DNA from: Chrysomallon squamiferum
Lineage: Eukaryota > Animalia > Mollusca
Length of the DNA: 64,000 nucleotides
Direction: 5' to 3'
Assembly: GCA_012295275.1 (NCBI GenBank)
Contig: CM022679.1
Coordinates: 20,460,001 to 20,524,000, forward strand
The notes under the pieces are model-generated. The model worked only from the letters and a program-made list of their open reading frames with translations. It was not told the origin of the DNA and did not search any database. Within the stretch, counting starts at the first letter, position 1. Every line of letters begins with the position of its first letter. Made by a program: the position numbers and the translations under genes. Shown one piece after another: positions 35,167 through 48,687 of the stretch.

Positions 35167-38100
35167 TATTATTATTATTATTATTATTACTGATACATAT
35201 ATGAATTTTTTTTTATTTCAGTCTGTTTTATAATTTTTATTATTAATTTCAGTAATTTAATTAATTTTATTGGAATTGTACCATTATCATATATCAAAAT
35301 AAATAATTAAGAGACACCTGATTTTTAAAATCTTAATATGTAATAAGGAAATCTGAAGTGAGGAACTCTTAGGTTTTTAAACTTTTATAATTTTCTGTTT
35401 GCAGATTCAGGCAACTGATGCTGATTCGAATCCAAACAATGTGATAACATACACCATTCAAAGTGTCAGCAACAATGCAGCAAGTAAATTTATCCTTGAG
35501 CAAAATGCTCTTTATTTACAAAGGACATTTGCTGAAGGAGAAACATATGCCATAACCATTTCAGCAACTGATGGAGGGATGCCAGCTCTCAAGTAAGTTG
35601 AGTTGTCATCAAAACTTGCTGGAATTAAAAGGTTTAAAATATTTCATAAAGTTGTAGAATATCAGCAGGGCTCTGACTTTTCATTATTATCACTGCAGTT
35701 GTAATAAAAAAAATAATCACAATAACAATTGAAAGAAGGTATTTTAGTACAAAACTGTTTTCCTGTTGTACTTGTTACACACTAAACAGACTAGAAATTA
35801 TTCAGTTAACAACAAACATTAACTGATTTATGATACTGTCTGGGAAAACATTTGTGAGGAGTTGGGAAAGTCAGATTTGAGCTCAACTGACTATACATTA
35901 TTGACAAACCATCTTATAACTACTGGTAACAAGTCTTATACAGAGATGTAAGAGAAACCAGCACTGCTGTTGTATTACAAGTTTTGTTAATTTCAGGGGA
36001 GTTGTTACAGTAATTCTTGACATTGTGACAGCTGGAAACAAGAGTCCTAACATTCCTGGTGAGCTGTATACAGTCTATGTGAGTGAGGGAATTGATCTGA
36101 ATCGACAGATTTTCACTACTCCAGTAAGTTTGCTTCTCTTAAGCTTACACTTTGTTACACCAGAAATAAAAACAAATCAACAGATTATTGCAAGAAATGT
36201 AACTCAAGTTATTAGATCAATAAAACATTATTAAAATAATAATCTGTTATAAACAAATTAAAAAACATTACAAGAAACATAATATAAATCACTGTTTACA
36301 GATTAATGAAACACTAATAGAAACAATGTTTATCTTTGAAAAACCAGATTAGTGAAAGATGCAAATATTAACTTAATTTTTTTGATTAATGAAATACTAT
36401 CCTATAAGATATATAAATTTAGACTTTCTTGGAAATATGTGATATATTCAAAAAAATAACAAAAGATGTTTAATCTTAGTCATTTAGTTTTTGTTTTTTA
36501 AATATAGTTTTCTCTATACAGAAAATCAATGTTTAGTACTGTGTTTCTTTGGCAGGTCATAGATGATGATAAAGTTCTGACATTTTCTATAGAGAATGTC
36601 TTAAACACACAGGATACTACTTTTAACATTGGACAGCCTGAGTAAGTTTTTAAACTAGTGTACACAAACAAACACACACTCTACACCACACACACACACA
36701 CACATTAATATTATACTTTATTTTGTGGTTGTCTTTTTTCACATTATATTACCTGAAATAAAAAAAAAAAATTGGACATGTCACACTTAATTTTTGTCCA
36801 GCTATGAATACAGAACATTTCATATTGTTAGATTCAAAAATATATTTTGCCACAATTTCTAGTTAATACTAATACTTGTTGCATGCATTTAATATGTTTG
36901 TCAGTGATATTACATTTTGTTCTTTAATTATTTGTAAATAATTGATTATCATTTAGCATATGAATGATCTCCATGTAAAATATTTTGTTATCTCATTTGT
37001 AGTGGTATAGTGAGAAATAACCGAAGACTGGACCGTGAAAGTATACCAGAGTACAATTTGACCATCACTGTGAGAGATCCTGAACAGAAGGTTTGTCTTG
37101 AACAATCAGTTTATTAAACTGTGATAACAGCATTTATTTGGTTATTGTAATTAACATTCCTCTGCCCTTGATATTGTTAATTAAATTACACGCAGACCAG
37201 AAAGATACAGATTTGACATGTATTAATTTTCTTTGTTTTCAGTTTGACACGACACGCCTGAGAGTTGTAATAACAGATATAAATGACAACAATCCAGTGT
37301 TTGCTGGCCCAGGTTTGGTGGGCAACACCTACACATTCACAGTGACTGAGGGACAGTCACCACCTGTTGATGTTGGCTCTGTACAGGTATATTTAATTTC
37401 TTTTACACCAGTCAAAACCATGTTTTGGATGAATTTTTGTACTAGGATGTTTAAAGAAATTTAAAATAATTTATACTGATCTACTGTAGTGATGAAGTTT
37501 TTGTAGGTGTTGGCACTGTACAAGTATTTTTGACACTTTGTTTGATTTTCAAGACTAACAGTCAAGATGGGAGTTAAGTTTAGAAGAATATTTTGTACAA
37601 GAATTCAGAATAGATTTTAGTGAAGTCCAGTTGTATTCTTGGAAGTAGTATGGCCAGGTTTGACTCTGTGTTTGAAAAACAAATTAATTTAAAAATGATA
37701 AAATTATCTTGGCTGATTATTATTATTTTTTCAATTTCAGGCTTCTGACAGTGATCAGCAAAATACACCAAATTCACAACTGACTTACAGCATTGTTGCT
37801 ATTGACAACACTCCGCTTCCGTAAGTGACCATCACATGTTATCTTCTGTATGCAGTTTTCTGATTGGTTCAAAATAAAGATTTTTAAAGGACTTCTTCAG
37901 ATGAAAATAAAGTCAACAATGTACTATAAAGTTGATATTTAAACAAATTATATTCATAATTTCATTAATTTATCTTTTAAAACAGTTCCTTATTATGAGT
38001 TTTGTAATTTTTGATGTACATTTAATGTAAATGCTATAAACAGTGAATAGAGGATTGGAAAGAAAAAAATGTACATAAATATTTTTTGTTTGAAGGTTTG

Positions 38101-41028
38101 CAATACAACAAGGTGTGGGAAATGCACAGATAAAAACGTTGCAGGTGATTGATTATGAAACTAAGAAGCAGTACAAGTTTTTTGTGTATGCCACTGACCA
38201 GGCGACTGACCAGCGTTGTGGTTCAGCCACTGTGATTGTGATGGTAAACGACGTCCAGGACAACATTCCACTGTTTGTTAAAACTCAGTATGAGGCATCA
38301 GTGAAAGAAGGTGTGGCTGGTTTGCCTGTAGTCAAAGTCACGGCAAGTGTTTTTTTATTAACTCTATTTTAGATATAAACTGATTACAGACTGAGAATCC
38401 TTTATCAGAAATGTTTGCACAAAAAGTATTTCAGATTTTGGAATCTGAGAAGAATAGGATCTAAGTATAAATACTTCTATTTCATATACAGCTAATGGAA
38501 GTAGTATGCATACATAAATGGATATATAAATGTATATCAGTATGCATGTATGTACCTATGTATATAATATGTATGTGGGTGTGAGTGTGTATATAAAGTA
38601 TTCTAATAATTTTGTGTGAAAAATAAAGTTTGTATACTTTATTGTTTATTATACACAACAATGAAAACTAACATTAACCTCTGTTTGTTTCCTTTTTTTA
38701 CTTTTAAATGCAAATTAAAGATGCATACTTTTAAAATTATTTTGAACAAAGTTATGTCAATTATATAATTTTCTAAAAAAGGAAGAAAATAATTGCAAGT
38801 GATTCATTTTGGTATTATTTTCGATAAATAGCTGTATTCAATTTTATATGGGACAAAATAGAGAAACAGAATAAATAAAAAAATTTTAAAATATATTTTT
38901 GTTTTTTTTGTATTACTTACAGGCAGAGGATTTGGACACTCAAAAAGATGTCACCTATGAAATTGTGGATGCTGCAGCAATAGAGTTTTTCACCATCAAC
39001 AGATTCACTGGTCAAATTACAACAGCTAAGGCTTTGGATTATGAGAAAAAACAAAACTATCTGTTTTATGTGACAACATCAGGAGGCCGAAATCAACCAG
39101 GACTGTCTGCTTCAGCAACTGTCACAGTAAATGTGGTGGTAAGTAGTTTTAAATTTTAAAAAATGTGACCAGTCAAGACATACTTCAATCTGATATTTTT
39201 ATTATACAGAAATTATAAAACTGAAAATAATACTAATGAATAATGTTTAGAACAATCCTCAACTCAAAATATTATATAATAAATTTAATTATGTAATGGT
39301 ATCTTTGCTAAAAATATTCATAAATGATTTCAAAAACTGCAAAATGGCATATAATATTATTCTTTAAAGAACTAAACATAATTTAGGCTAGAACAAAATT
39401 AATCATGTTTTCACTCCAAAACTTACTAGAGACACATATAAAGATGTTTTAAATTTAAATTTACACAAGAAGATTACTTTATCTCTCATAATACTTACAC
39501 ACATTCACTGGCTCAGCAACAAAACTCAGTCATACTCTCACCCACACCCACATGCACACATACAGAAACTATTTCATACATCAGTTGTTTTATATTTCTA
39601 GGATATAAATGATTCACCACCACAGATTTTCTTTCAGTCTGGTCAAAGTGTTATCACTGAAAAAGAAACGGCTCCTATTGGAAAACTGTTGGTGGATTTG
39701 GGTGCAACAGACCGTGACAAGCCGGTACAGTAATTCTAAAAATGGGTTTTGCTTAAAAGTACTTCATCACCTATTGAAGTGAGGCATTAATATGTTACAG
39801 CAGGAAAAAATCTTTGGTGTATCCATAGTAAATAGTTTCAAAATGTATTTATTATGAAATGCGTTTTATATTCAATTGTTTCATTAATTAGAACAGTTTT
39901 ATTCTTTAGCTTTTCTAGCAGATCACTCAACATCTGTAAATAGAATAAATGTTTGTCTGAAAAGCCTAAAATGTCAGTGGTATCTCTCCATCCATTTCTG
40001 GGGAGGCAGTTCTATGAAAATAATTTTGACAGATTTAATAGTATGTGTTGAGATTGACAGACCACTGTGTATGCTAAATATAAAAATAATATTTTAAAGA
40101 TGTATAAGCAGAAATAATCCACTCCAAAACAATGGATTTAGATGAATTCTTTGATAATGTTTTATTGCATTGTCTTTCTGCAACTTCCTGCAAAGATATA
40201 TATTTGTACCATTTTTACAGTACAGCAGACTGGATAATAAATATACTTTTACTTTGATTACAGGGCACACTTAACAGTCAGATCACTTTTAACCTAGACA
40301 AGAATTCCATTTTACCTCAGTCAGGTAAAGATTTGTTCTATATCAATCCTAATGACGGGAGACTTGTTCTGAGCAAGCAGTTCACCACAGACACTTTGCC
40401 AAAACAGTACAAAGTAAGTGAAATCAAAATTTATCAGTAGATGAATATCAGTTTAGACAGTGTTTTGTTTTATCAAAATTGTTAGTACAGGAGCAAATTC
40501 AAAAGCAGCTTGTAAATAACAGTGTAGAGACTATAAACTATCCTTTTTTAATTATTGAAAATAGTTCAAGTAGAAAATTTTTCATATTTGCTATTAGTAT
40601 GTTAAACATAACAAATAAGTATATAAAACAGAATTATCAATACTGTAATTTGGGTATTTCTTGAACATTCATATTTTCAAATTATAGTGGAACAGAACAT
40701 TATATCCTTTCTCTCAAATGAATAAAATAAAATTCTTAACAACAGGTAAATAATTTTTTTTTACCAGTATGCTATATTTGCTGTATATATATGTAGTTTA
40801 CCAACTAGTGTGAAATAATAATAAATATGAAATGTTTATATGTAAATAATTCTGTTTTGCTAGATGAATATAACTGCTGAAGATGGAGGTAACCCCAAAC
40901 TGACAGCTATACAGAGTATTACAGTGAATGTAGATCGTAATACTGCCCCTGTTGGCTCAACATGCCCAACGTCAATTTCAGCAACTAATTCTGATACATC
41001 GATATATAGCATTAGTAAAAAAGTTATT
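19843..41028 (+). CDS. PCDH15: Protocadherin-15/Cad99C-like cadherin: signal peptide, ~9 EC repeats and start of a 10th; C-terminus not in window
   Basis: Phase-compatible exons 19843-19918 (signal MSLSQTVWLVLLVTCS), 22285-22365, 22901-23079, 23689-23766, 24149-24241, 24462-24569, 24737-24864, 25163-25339, 26156-26267, 32991-33139, 33510-33722, 33957-34095, 34702-34860, 35405-35592, 35997-36123, 36556-36641, 37003-37090, 37243-37386, 37741-37820, 38096-38342, 38923-39138, 39602-39724, 40264-40413, 40864-~41028. DxNDN, LDxE and DxD motifs; PCDH15/Cad99C hallmarks VNELMPVGTTIF and ITDGDDQGPVF..GC....CFNPEY. Orthology not proven. Confidence 0.85.
20790..20978 (+). other. LDL-receptor class A repeat exon (phase 1-1, 189 bp) with in-frame TGA, in cadherin intron 1
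   Basis: Acceptor TTTACACAG, donor G|GTTTAA; translation ..YNCQWDPLYFQCYDGTCVSKSQHCDGF*QCPDGSDEFSCSIS has six Cys and the DGSDE motif; TGA at 20933-20935. Confidence 0.85.
23100..23555. repeat. 35-bp intronic tandem repeat (~13 copies)
   Basis: CCAGTATTAGATGTAAATAAGAAAATTATTCTAAA-type unit; CCAGTA at 23115, 23150 and onward. Confidence 0.92.
25620..25930. repeat. Degenerate 35-bp intronic tandem repeat
   Basis: GTTATATTTG at 25781, 25816, 25851; unit approximately TTATATTTGATAGTGTAAACTATTTTTACACTTTG. Confidence 0.85.
26320..32645. repeat. ~6.3-kb minisatellite, ~30-31-bp unit, in cadherin intron 26268-32990
   Basis: Unit CTCATCT(A/G)TAAGCAGTATATACACC(T/C)CCACA repeated roughly 200 times; explains all GVYILLTDEC-type ORFs. 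Confidence 0.98.
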
Positions 41029-41298
41029 GTATGGTATGTGTGTAAAACCATACTTCTAACTTTTACATTATAATCACAAAAAAAAAAAAAAATATTTAAC
41101 AAAACATATACTTTATTGCAAAATATTATTCAAGTGAATTTTTATGATGTCTTTCAAAGTCAAAATTCCAGGTTAATGCAAAATGAACTGAGATGTTAAG
41201 TGATCATTATCACTGACAAATTAGTAAAGAAGAAATATCTTCATCTTTTTTAAATGAAATACTTTTTTATTAGAAAACATTAAAAACATATAGATGAC

Positions 41299-41336
<38 letters not shown>
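41299..41336. repeat. (CA)n microsatellite near the cadherin orientation switch
   Basis: Directly visible. Other CA/GT tracts at ~20151-20196 and ~33806-33835. Confidence 0.9.
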
Positions 41337-41340
<4 letters not shown>

Positions 41341-41572
41341 TATTGGTAGTAACTTTATTAATAATCAAGTGTTGTTTTGCCATATTACTTTTTTGTTGTA
41401 TTTATGATTAATATTTCATTCATTAAATATCAATTTCTGTTTTACCTGACTAACCTAGTGCATATTTTACTTCAATTTTTCTAGTTCATACAGTCTTAGT
41501 GTGTATCTTGAAATATAAAGTAATTTTATGACAACATATTTGAAGTATTAAACAAAGAAGTCTATAACTTAC

Positions 41573-41707
41573 ATAATAGGTGACAGCTGTATCTCTGGAG
41601 AGATCAGAGTCAGATTTTAGTTTAATTACTCCTGATTTGTCCACTTTGAAGAACAACACAGTCCTTCCATCTTCAATCAGTGAGTAGTCCAAACTGTTAA
41701 ATGGCGC
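41573..41707 (-). CDS. Cadherin-repeat exon (135 bp, phase 0-0) inverted relative to the adjacent cadherin gene
   Basis: CAG|APFNSLDYSLIEDGRTVLFFKVDKSGVIKLKSDSDLSRDTAVTYY|GTAAGT; open frame with canonical splice sites. Confidence 0.75.
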
Positions 41708-41770
41708 CTGTTTTAAACAGGAGAATTAGTAATAGAAAACACTTCCTAGTCAGTCACACATTATTTCAAT

Positions 41771-44700
41771 CTTTCACCAGCATTTCCCACACTTCCACTT
41801 CACCAGTAGACAGACTCATCCTTTCACCAGCATTTCCCACACTTCCACTTCACCAGTAGACAGACTCATCCTCTTTCACAGCATTTCCCACACTTCCACT
41901 TCACCAGTAGACAGACTCATCCTTTCACCAGCATTTCCCACACTTCCATTTCACCAGTACACAGAGACTCATCCTCTTTCACAGCATTTCCCACTTCCAC
42001 TTCACCAGTAGACAGACTCATTCTCTTTCACCAGCATTTAGACCACTGGACAGACTCATCCTCTTTCACCAGCATTTCCCACACTTCCACTTCACCAGTA
42101 GACAGAGACTCATCCTCTTTCACCAGCATTTCCCACACTTCCACTTCACCAGTAGACAGACTCATCCTCTTTCACCAGTATTTCCCACACTTCCACTTCA
42201 CCAGTAGACAGACTCATCCTTTTTCACAGTATTTCCCACACTTCCATTTCACCAGTAGACAGACTCATCCTTTTTCACAGCATTTCCCACACTTCCATTT
42301 CACCTGTAGACAGACTCATCCTTTCACCAGCATTTTTCGCACACTTCCACTTCACCAATAGACAGAGATTCATCCTCTTCAGCCAGCATTTCCCATACTT
42401 CCACTTCACCAGTAAACAGACTCATCCTCTTCAGCCAGCATTTCCCACACTTCCACTTCACCAGTAGACAGACTCATCCTCTTTCACAGCATTTCCCACA
42501 CTTCCACTTCACCAGTAGACAGAGACTCATCCTCTTTCACCAGCATTTCCCACACTTCCATTTCACCAGTACACAGAGACTCATCCTCTTTCACAGCATT
42601 TCCCACTTCCACTTCACCAGTAGACAGACTCATTCTCTTTCACCAGCATTTCCCACACTTCCACTTCACCACTGGACAGACTCATCCTCTTTCACCAGCA
42701 TTTCCCACACTTCCACTTCACCAGTAGACAGAGACTCATCCTCTTTCACCAGCATTTCCCACACTTCCACTTCACCAGTAGACAGACTCATCCTCTTTCA
42801 CCAGTATTTCCCACACTTCCACTTCACCAGTAGACAGACTCATCCTTTTTCACAGTATTTCCCACACTTCCATTTCACCAGTAGACAGACTCATCCTTTT
42901 TCACAGCATTTCCCACACTTCCATTTCACCTGTAGACAGACTCATCCTTTCACCAGCATTTTTCGCACACTTCCACTTCACCAATAGACAGAGATTCATC
43001 CTCTTCAGCCAGCATTTCCCACACTTCCACTTCACCAGTAAACAGACTCATCCTCTTTCACCAGCATTTCCCACACTTCCACTTCACCAGTAGACAGACT
43101 CATCCTCTTTCACAGCATTTCCCACACTTCCACTTCACCAGTAGACAGACTCATCCTCTTTCACCAGCATTTCCCACACTTCCACTTCACCAGTAGACAG
43201 ACTCATCCTCTTTCACCAGTATTTCCCACACTTCCACTTCACCAGTAGACAGACTCATCCTTTTTCACAGCATTTCCCACACTTCCATTTCACCTGTAGA
43301 CAGACTCATCCTCTTTCACAGCATTTCCCACACTTCCACTTCACCTGTAGACATTCATCCTTTCACCAGCATTTTTCGCACACTTCCACTTCACCAGTAG
43401 ACAGAGATTCATCCTTTCAGCCAGCATTTCCCACACTTCCACTTCACCAGTAAACAGACTCATCCTCTTTCACCAGCATTTCCCACACTTCCACTTCACC
43501 AGTAGACAGAGATTCATCCTCTTCAGCCAGCATTTCCATTTCCACTTCACCAGTAAACAGACTCATCCTGTTCAGCCAGCATTTCCCACACTTCCACTTC
43601 TCCAGTAGACAGACTCATCCTCTTTTTCACTTCACCAGTAGACAGACTCATTCTGTCCAGCATTTCCCACACTTCCACTTCACCAGTAGACAGACTCATC
43701 CTCTTTCACAGCATTTCCCACACTTCCACTTCACCAGTAGACAGACTCATCCTCTTTCACCAGCATTTCCCACACTTCCACTTCACCAGTAGACAGACTC
43801 ATCGTCTTTCACCAGCATTTCCCACACTTTCACTTCACCAGTAGACAGACTCATCCTTTCACCAGCATTTCCCACACTTCCACTTCACCAGTAGACAGAC
43901 TCATCCTCTTTCACAGCATTTCCCACACTTCCACTTCACCAGTAGACAGACTCAACTTTCACCAGCATTTCACTTCCATTTTCAGTAGACAGACTCATCC
44001 TCTTTCACAGCATTTCCCACACTTCCACTTCACCAGTAGACAGACTCATCCTCTTTCACAGCATTTCCCACACTTCCACTTCACCAGTAGACAGAGACTC
44101 ATCCTCTTTCACCAGCATTTCCCACACTTCCACTTCACCAGTAGACAGACTCATCCTCTTTCACAGCATTTCCCACACTTCCACTTCACCAGTAGACAGA
44201 CTCATCCTCTTTCACCAGCATTTCCCACACTTCCACTTCACCAGTAGACAGACTCATCCTCTTTCACAGCATTTCCCACACTTCCACTTCACCAGTAGAC
44301 AGACTCATCCTCTTTCACCAGCATTTCCCACACTTCCACTTCACCAGTAGACAGAGACTCATCCTCTTTCACCAGCATTTCCCACACTTCCACTTCACCA
44401 GTAGACAGACTCATCCTTTCACAGCATTTCCCACATCCACTTCACCAGTTCATCCTCTTTCACCAACATTCCCCACACTTTCACCACCAGACAGACTCAT
44501 CCTCTGTCACAGCATTTCCCACACTTCCACTTCACCAGTAGACAGAGACTCATCCTCTTTCACCAGCATTTCCCACACTTCCACTTCACCAGTAGACAGA
44601 CTCATCCTTTCACAGCATTTCCCACACTTCCACTTCACCAGTAGACAGAGACTCATCCTCTTTCACCAGCATTCCCCACACTTCCACTTCACCACCAGAC

Positions 44701-44780
44701 AGACTCATCCTCTTTCACAGCATTTCCCACACTTCCACTTCACCACTAGACAGACTCATCCTCTTCAGCCAGCACTTTCC
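41771..44780. repeat. ~3-kb minisatellite, 50-54-bp unit
   Basis: Unit CTTTCACCAGCATTTCCCACACTTCCACTTCACCAGTAGACAGACTCATC(CT), roughly 58 copies. Confidence 0.98.
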
Positions 44781-47700
44781 TTTGAGCAGCAGAGTTCCCT
44801 ACCCTTCCAGGCTGACACATGCAGATGGAGACTGAACCTCATGACTTATGTGTACAAGAGTGTCCTGTGTGTAAAATGTCATTGCTTTTAAATTTGTTAA
44901 TTTGTAAACGACAGTAAACTTAAATTTGGAAACACTTGTTTTCATTAGGGTTTGCTACATTTTTTTTTTTAGTTTTCTAATATATTATTGCAAATACTTG
45001 CATGGTTCATTAATATGTGGATCAATCACATTTGAAAATAGTTTGATGTTTTTTCATGATTTCTTAAAATTATGTTGCATTGTCTACAATTCTTTATACC
45101 CTCTCAAAATAACAATTGTAGTAATAATGATTCAAAAAAAAAAAAAAATAATAATAATAGTAATAAAAATAAAAATAAAAATTATGAGGCCTTTTTAAAA
45201 TGTCATTACTAATGATATAATTCAACAAATTATTAAATTGTATTTAAAATATTTGAAACCTAGTGTATCTAGTATATGGTTTCTTTTTAGAAGTGGCAAA
45301 TATATAAATAAATTTCTTTTAATGTTAATTTAGGAATGAAATATTTGATAATTGTAAAATACATACAAAATTGAAAATCAGTTAACAAATCAATAGTTGA
45401 TACAAATGTAAAGATACATAATATCTTTGCAGAGAACTGGCTGAGAGTGGGGCATCAAACTAACAATGCTCATATCTCTCAAGCAACAACAGCACAGTAT
45501 TTACATTTTTTAAAGCATCAGCTTGTTTAAGATTCAACTATTTGATGAAAATTACATTTAACTATATGTTTTTCAGACAAATTTCAATAGTGGTAGGCAG
45601 CAAAGGCCAAATGAAGTACATGTATTTATTTTGGGGGATTCAAGCGACTTTTTTTAAACAGATATAAGGCAAATATTTTTTCTCTCTGATATATAACCAT
45701 GAAGAAGCTTTGCTGGTTTCTTTTTTTTAATAATAATATATATAAAAAAAAATTATATATAAAAATTAAAAATAATGGATGCTATTGTCAGATTCTTCTT
45801 GTCTGCAGAAAACTTCAATCCATTTTCTGAGTAACATATTAGTTTTCTTATTGCAGCCAATAATACCAGTAAGAAAAGAAGGTGAAACAAATTAACTATA
45901 TAGTCTCTGAGATGTCTGTCGTTACATACACAGTAACAAATACTGATTTGTTTTTTTATAAAGGGAATGTAATATGCATTGATTATAAATATTTTATTGA
46001 TTAATAAATAAACAACAACATTAATATAAAAATCTACTTTTTATACTGAAGAAATAAATGTTTTTCAAAATAAATAGAATTATATAGGTTTATATCAGTA
46101 AATGCGAAGCTACACTGGTCATTCATGCATACAATAATAATATAATACATTGTTTTTTAATAACAGTCAGTATAAATTATCTTATATGTGGTAAATTTCT
46201 TAAAAAAACAGCATGAATTAGAAACTGAACAGTAAAAACATCCTTTTAATAAATTACTTTAAACAATTCTTAAATAACCAAATCAAAATATAGCCAGGTA
46301 CATATATATATAAAACATGATCAAAACAAAATTGAAAAAATCTTTAAAAAAATTAAATTAATGCTTTTAGCACTTTTTCTTTTCATCAATTAAAGTTTAA
46401 AATAAATTTACTACAGCATAAAAGAGTTTACAAAATGAAATTGGAAATTTAAAATGTATATATAAAAGAAAATCTCTTCAACATATACATACATTGAAGG
46501 CTTATTTTCATTTGTAAAAAGTATCAATTGGGGAAGACACCTTGCAGTATGATTTGATAACAACAAATTTTCAAAACTTTGAAAAAATACTTAAGGTTAG
46601 AAATTTTAGTAAAAAATACTTCTGCCCTCAGTAAATTTTGTATTAATTTTATTGGAAGACTAACAAACATTATTGATCTTGTTCTTTTTGAAGTCTGATT
46701 TTTACCATAATAATGACTCTTTACATTACTGTGAATTAAAGGTTAATACCAAAATTCAGTTCAAATGTTTTATAATTAGAACATAAATAATAATTACTGC
46801 TTCTTATAACTGACTTATTGTTTATTTTCAACATGACCAACTAACAAAACATAAAACAGTTTCTACAACAAACATTTCACAGCATAAATACTGACTGAAT
46901 TATTAACTTGATTGATAAGGTGGGTTTTAAAACTTTCTAAACATGGATATTTTAATCAGTAAATATATGATAATAACATAATGATATGAATGTGTTTTTC
47001 CTTGTGTTTTATATGCCAAGTAAAACAAAAATAACAACAACAACAAAGGTTTTAAAACTGTTTGCAAATTAACAAGACGTGATAAATACTGACACAAATG
47101 TACTTTTCCTTGTACACATTAAAACTTTAAATATCTGACCTCATATGACTTAAATGTTAATTTCAAAATGTGAATAGCAAAGTTTTCTCTTCCTCATTCA
47201 TTTAGCAACCATTGCAAAATTAGTACAGAAAACAGTGAAAAAATAAAAATTATAAAAAAACTACAAAAAAAAACAACTAAACATTAAAATCAAAGACAAT
47301 GGATAATCAGCTTTCATAAAACAAATGACTAATATCGATGGAGTAAATACAAGTACTTTATTCTCATTTATTTCACAAGAATAGTAAAAAAATGTTTTAT
47401 TTTATTTCAATATATGTAATATGAACAGTTGATATATGTTTGTATAATAAAAGTAAATTAATCTATTAAAAGAGAGAAGTCTCCTATTATCTATAATTTA
47501 AATCTATAAATCAGTTCTAATTATGTGTAATTTCTAGTCATAAATACATGAAGTATATGCTATTGTAAGAAATATACATGAGTAAAAAATATAGTAATAA
47601 TATCTGTAAATATTATAGCATATATAATATTTTTATATTTCAGTCACACAGTTCTGACCACATACTTGATTTTTCTTCAAACTGATTATCAAAAATATCC

Positions 47701-48116
47701 AGTTTATAACAGTGTTCCAGAATGTCAAAACATGTTTACATAAGCAAAAAAGGTTTATTAAATTTCCACTAATTATATGACAAAATTAACTGCTATCTGA
47801 ATCTTTTATAGTACATATTATCAAATATTTTGTTAAGATAAATAAACAAGATTTTGTATTGAAACTCTATGTCTGTAGTTTGTTAGATGGGAGAAGAAAA
47901 TGTTAAAGCAGGCTAAATAATATTTCTCTAGCAAAATAACAAAACAAAACAGGCCAACAATCCATTTTGATAAAACATCAAAATATCTAAAGTTTACTTT
48001 TTAAATTTAATCTTGCTACATACAAATAACTAAAGCTGAAATTTAATGTTTTACAGTTTATTTAATGTTTTCCTTATCAAGAAACTCTATTTATGGATAG
48101 GTGACCTGTGTGACTA

Positions 48117-48383
<267 letters not shown>

Positions 48384-48687
48384 CTACTGCTTTTCCACTG
48401 AAGCAAAAATCAAACCCCTGACGACAGATTGCTTCAATGTTTTCCTTTGCCGTACCATGAAATAACTGTCTTTCCTCCACTTCTTTACCCAGTTTTCTTT
48501 CCATAACATTCTTTTTACTGTTAAATATTAACAATGATTTTAATATACTAATTAACATAAGAACAAATATCCAAAAAAAAAAGAAAAAAAAATAATAAAC
48601 GAAATGTTTTTATTTAAAAACATTCTGTTAATTTACAGTTACATAGTGTCAAATCAAATTATTAACTTTTAATTTGTTTTCTTTATT

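Noticed and set aside
41771-44780. Second array as CRISPR, telomeric or coding repeat
   Set aside because: No spacers, not a short telomeric motif, variable unit length, and no ORF in the track.
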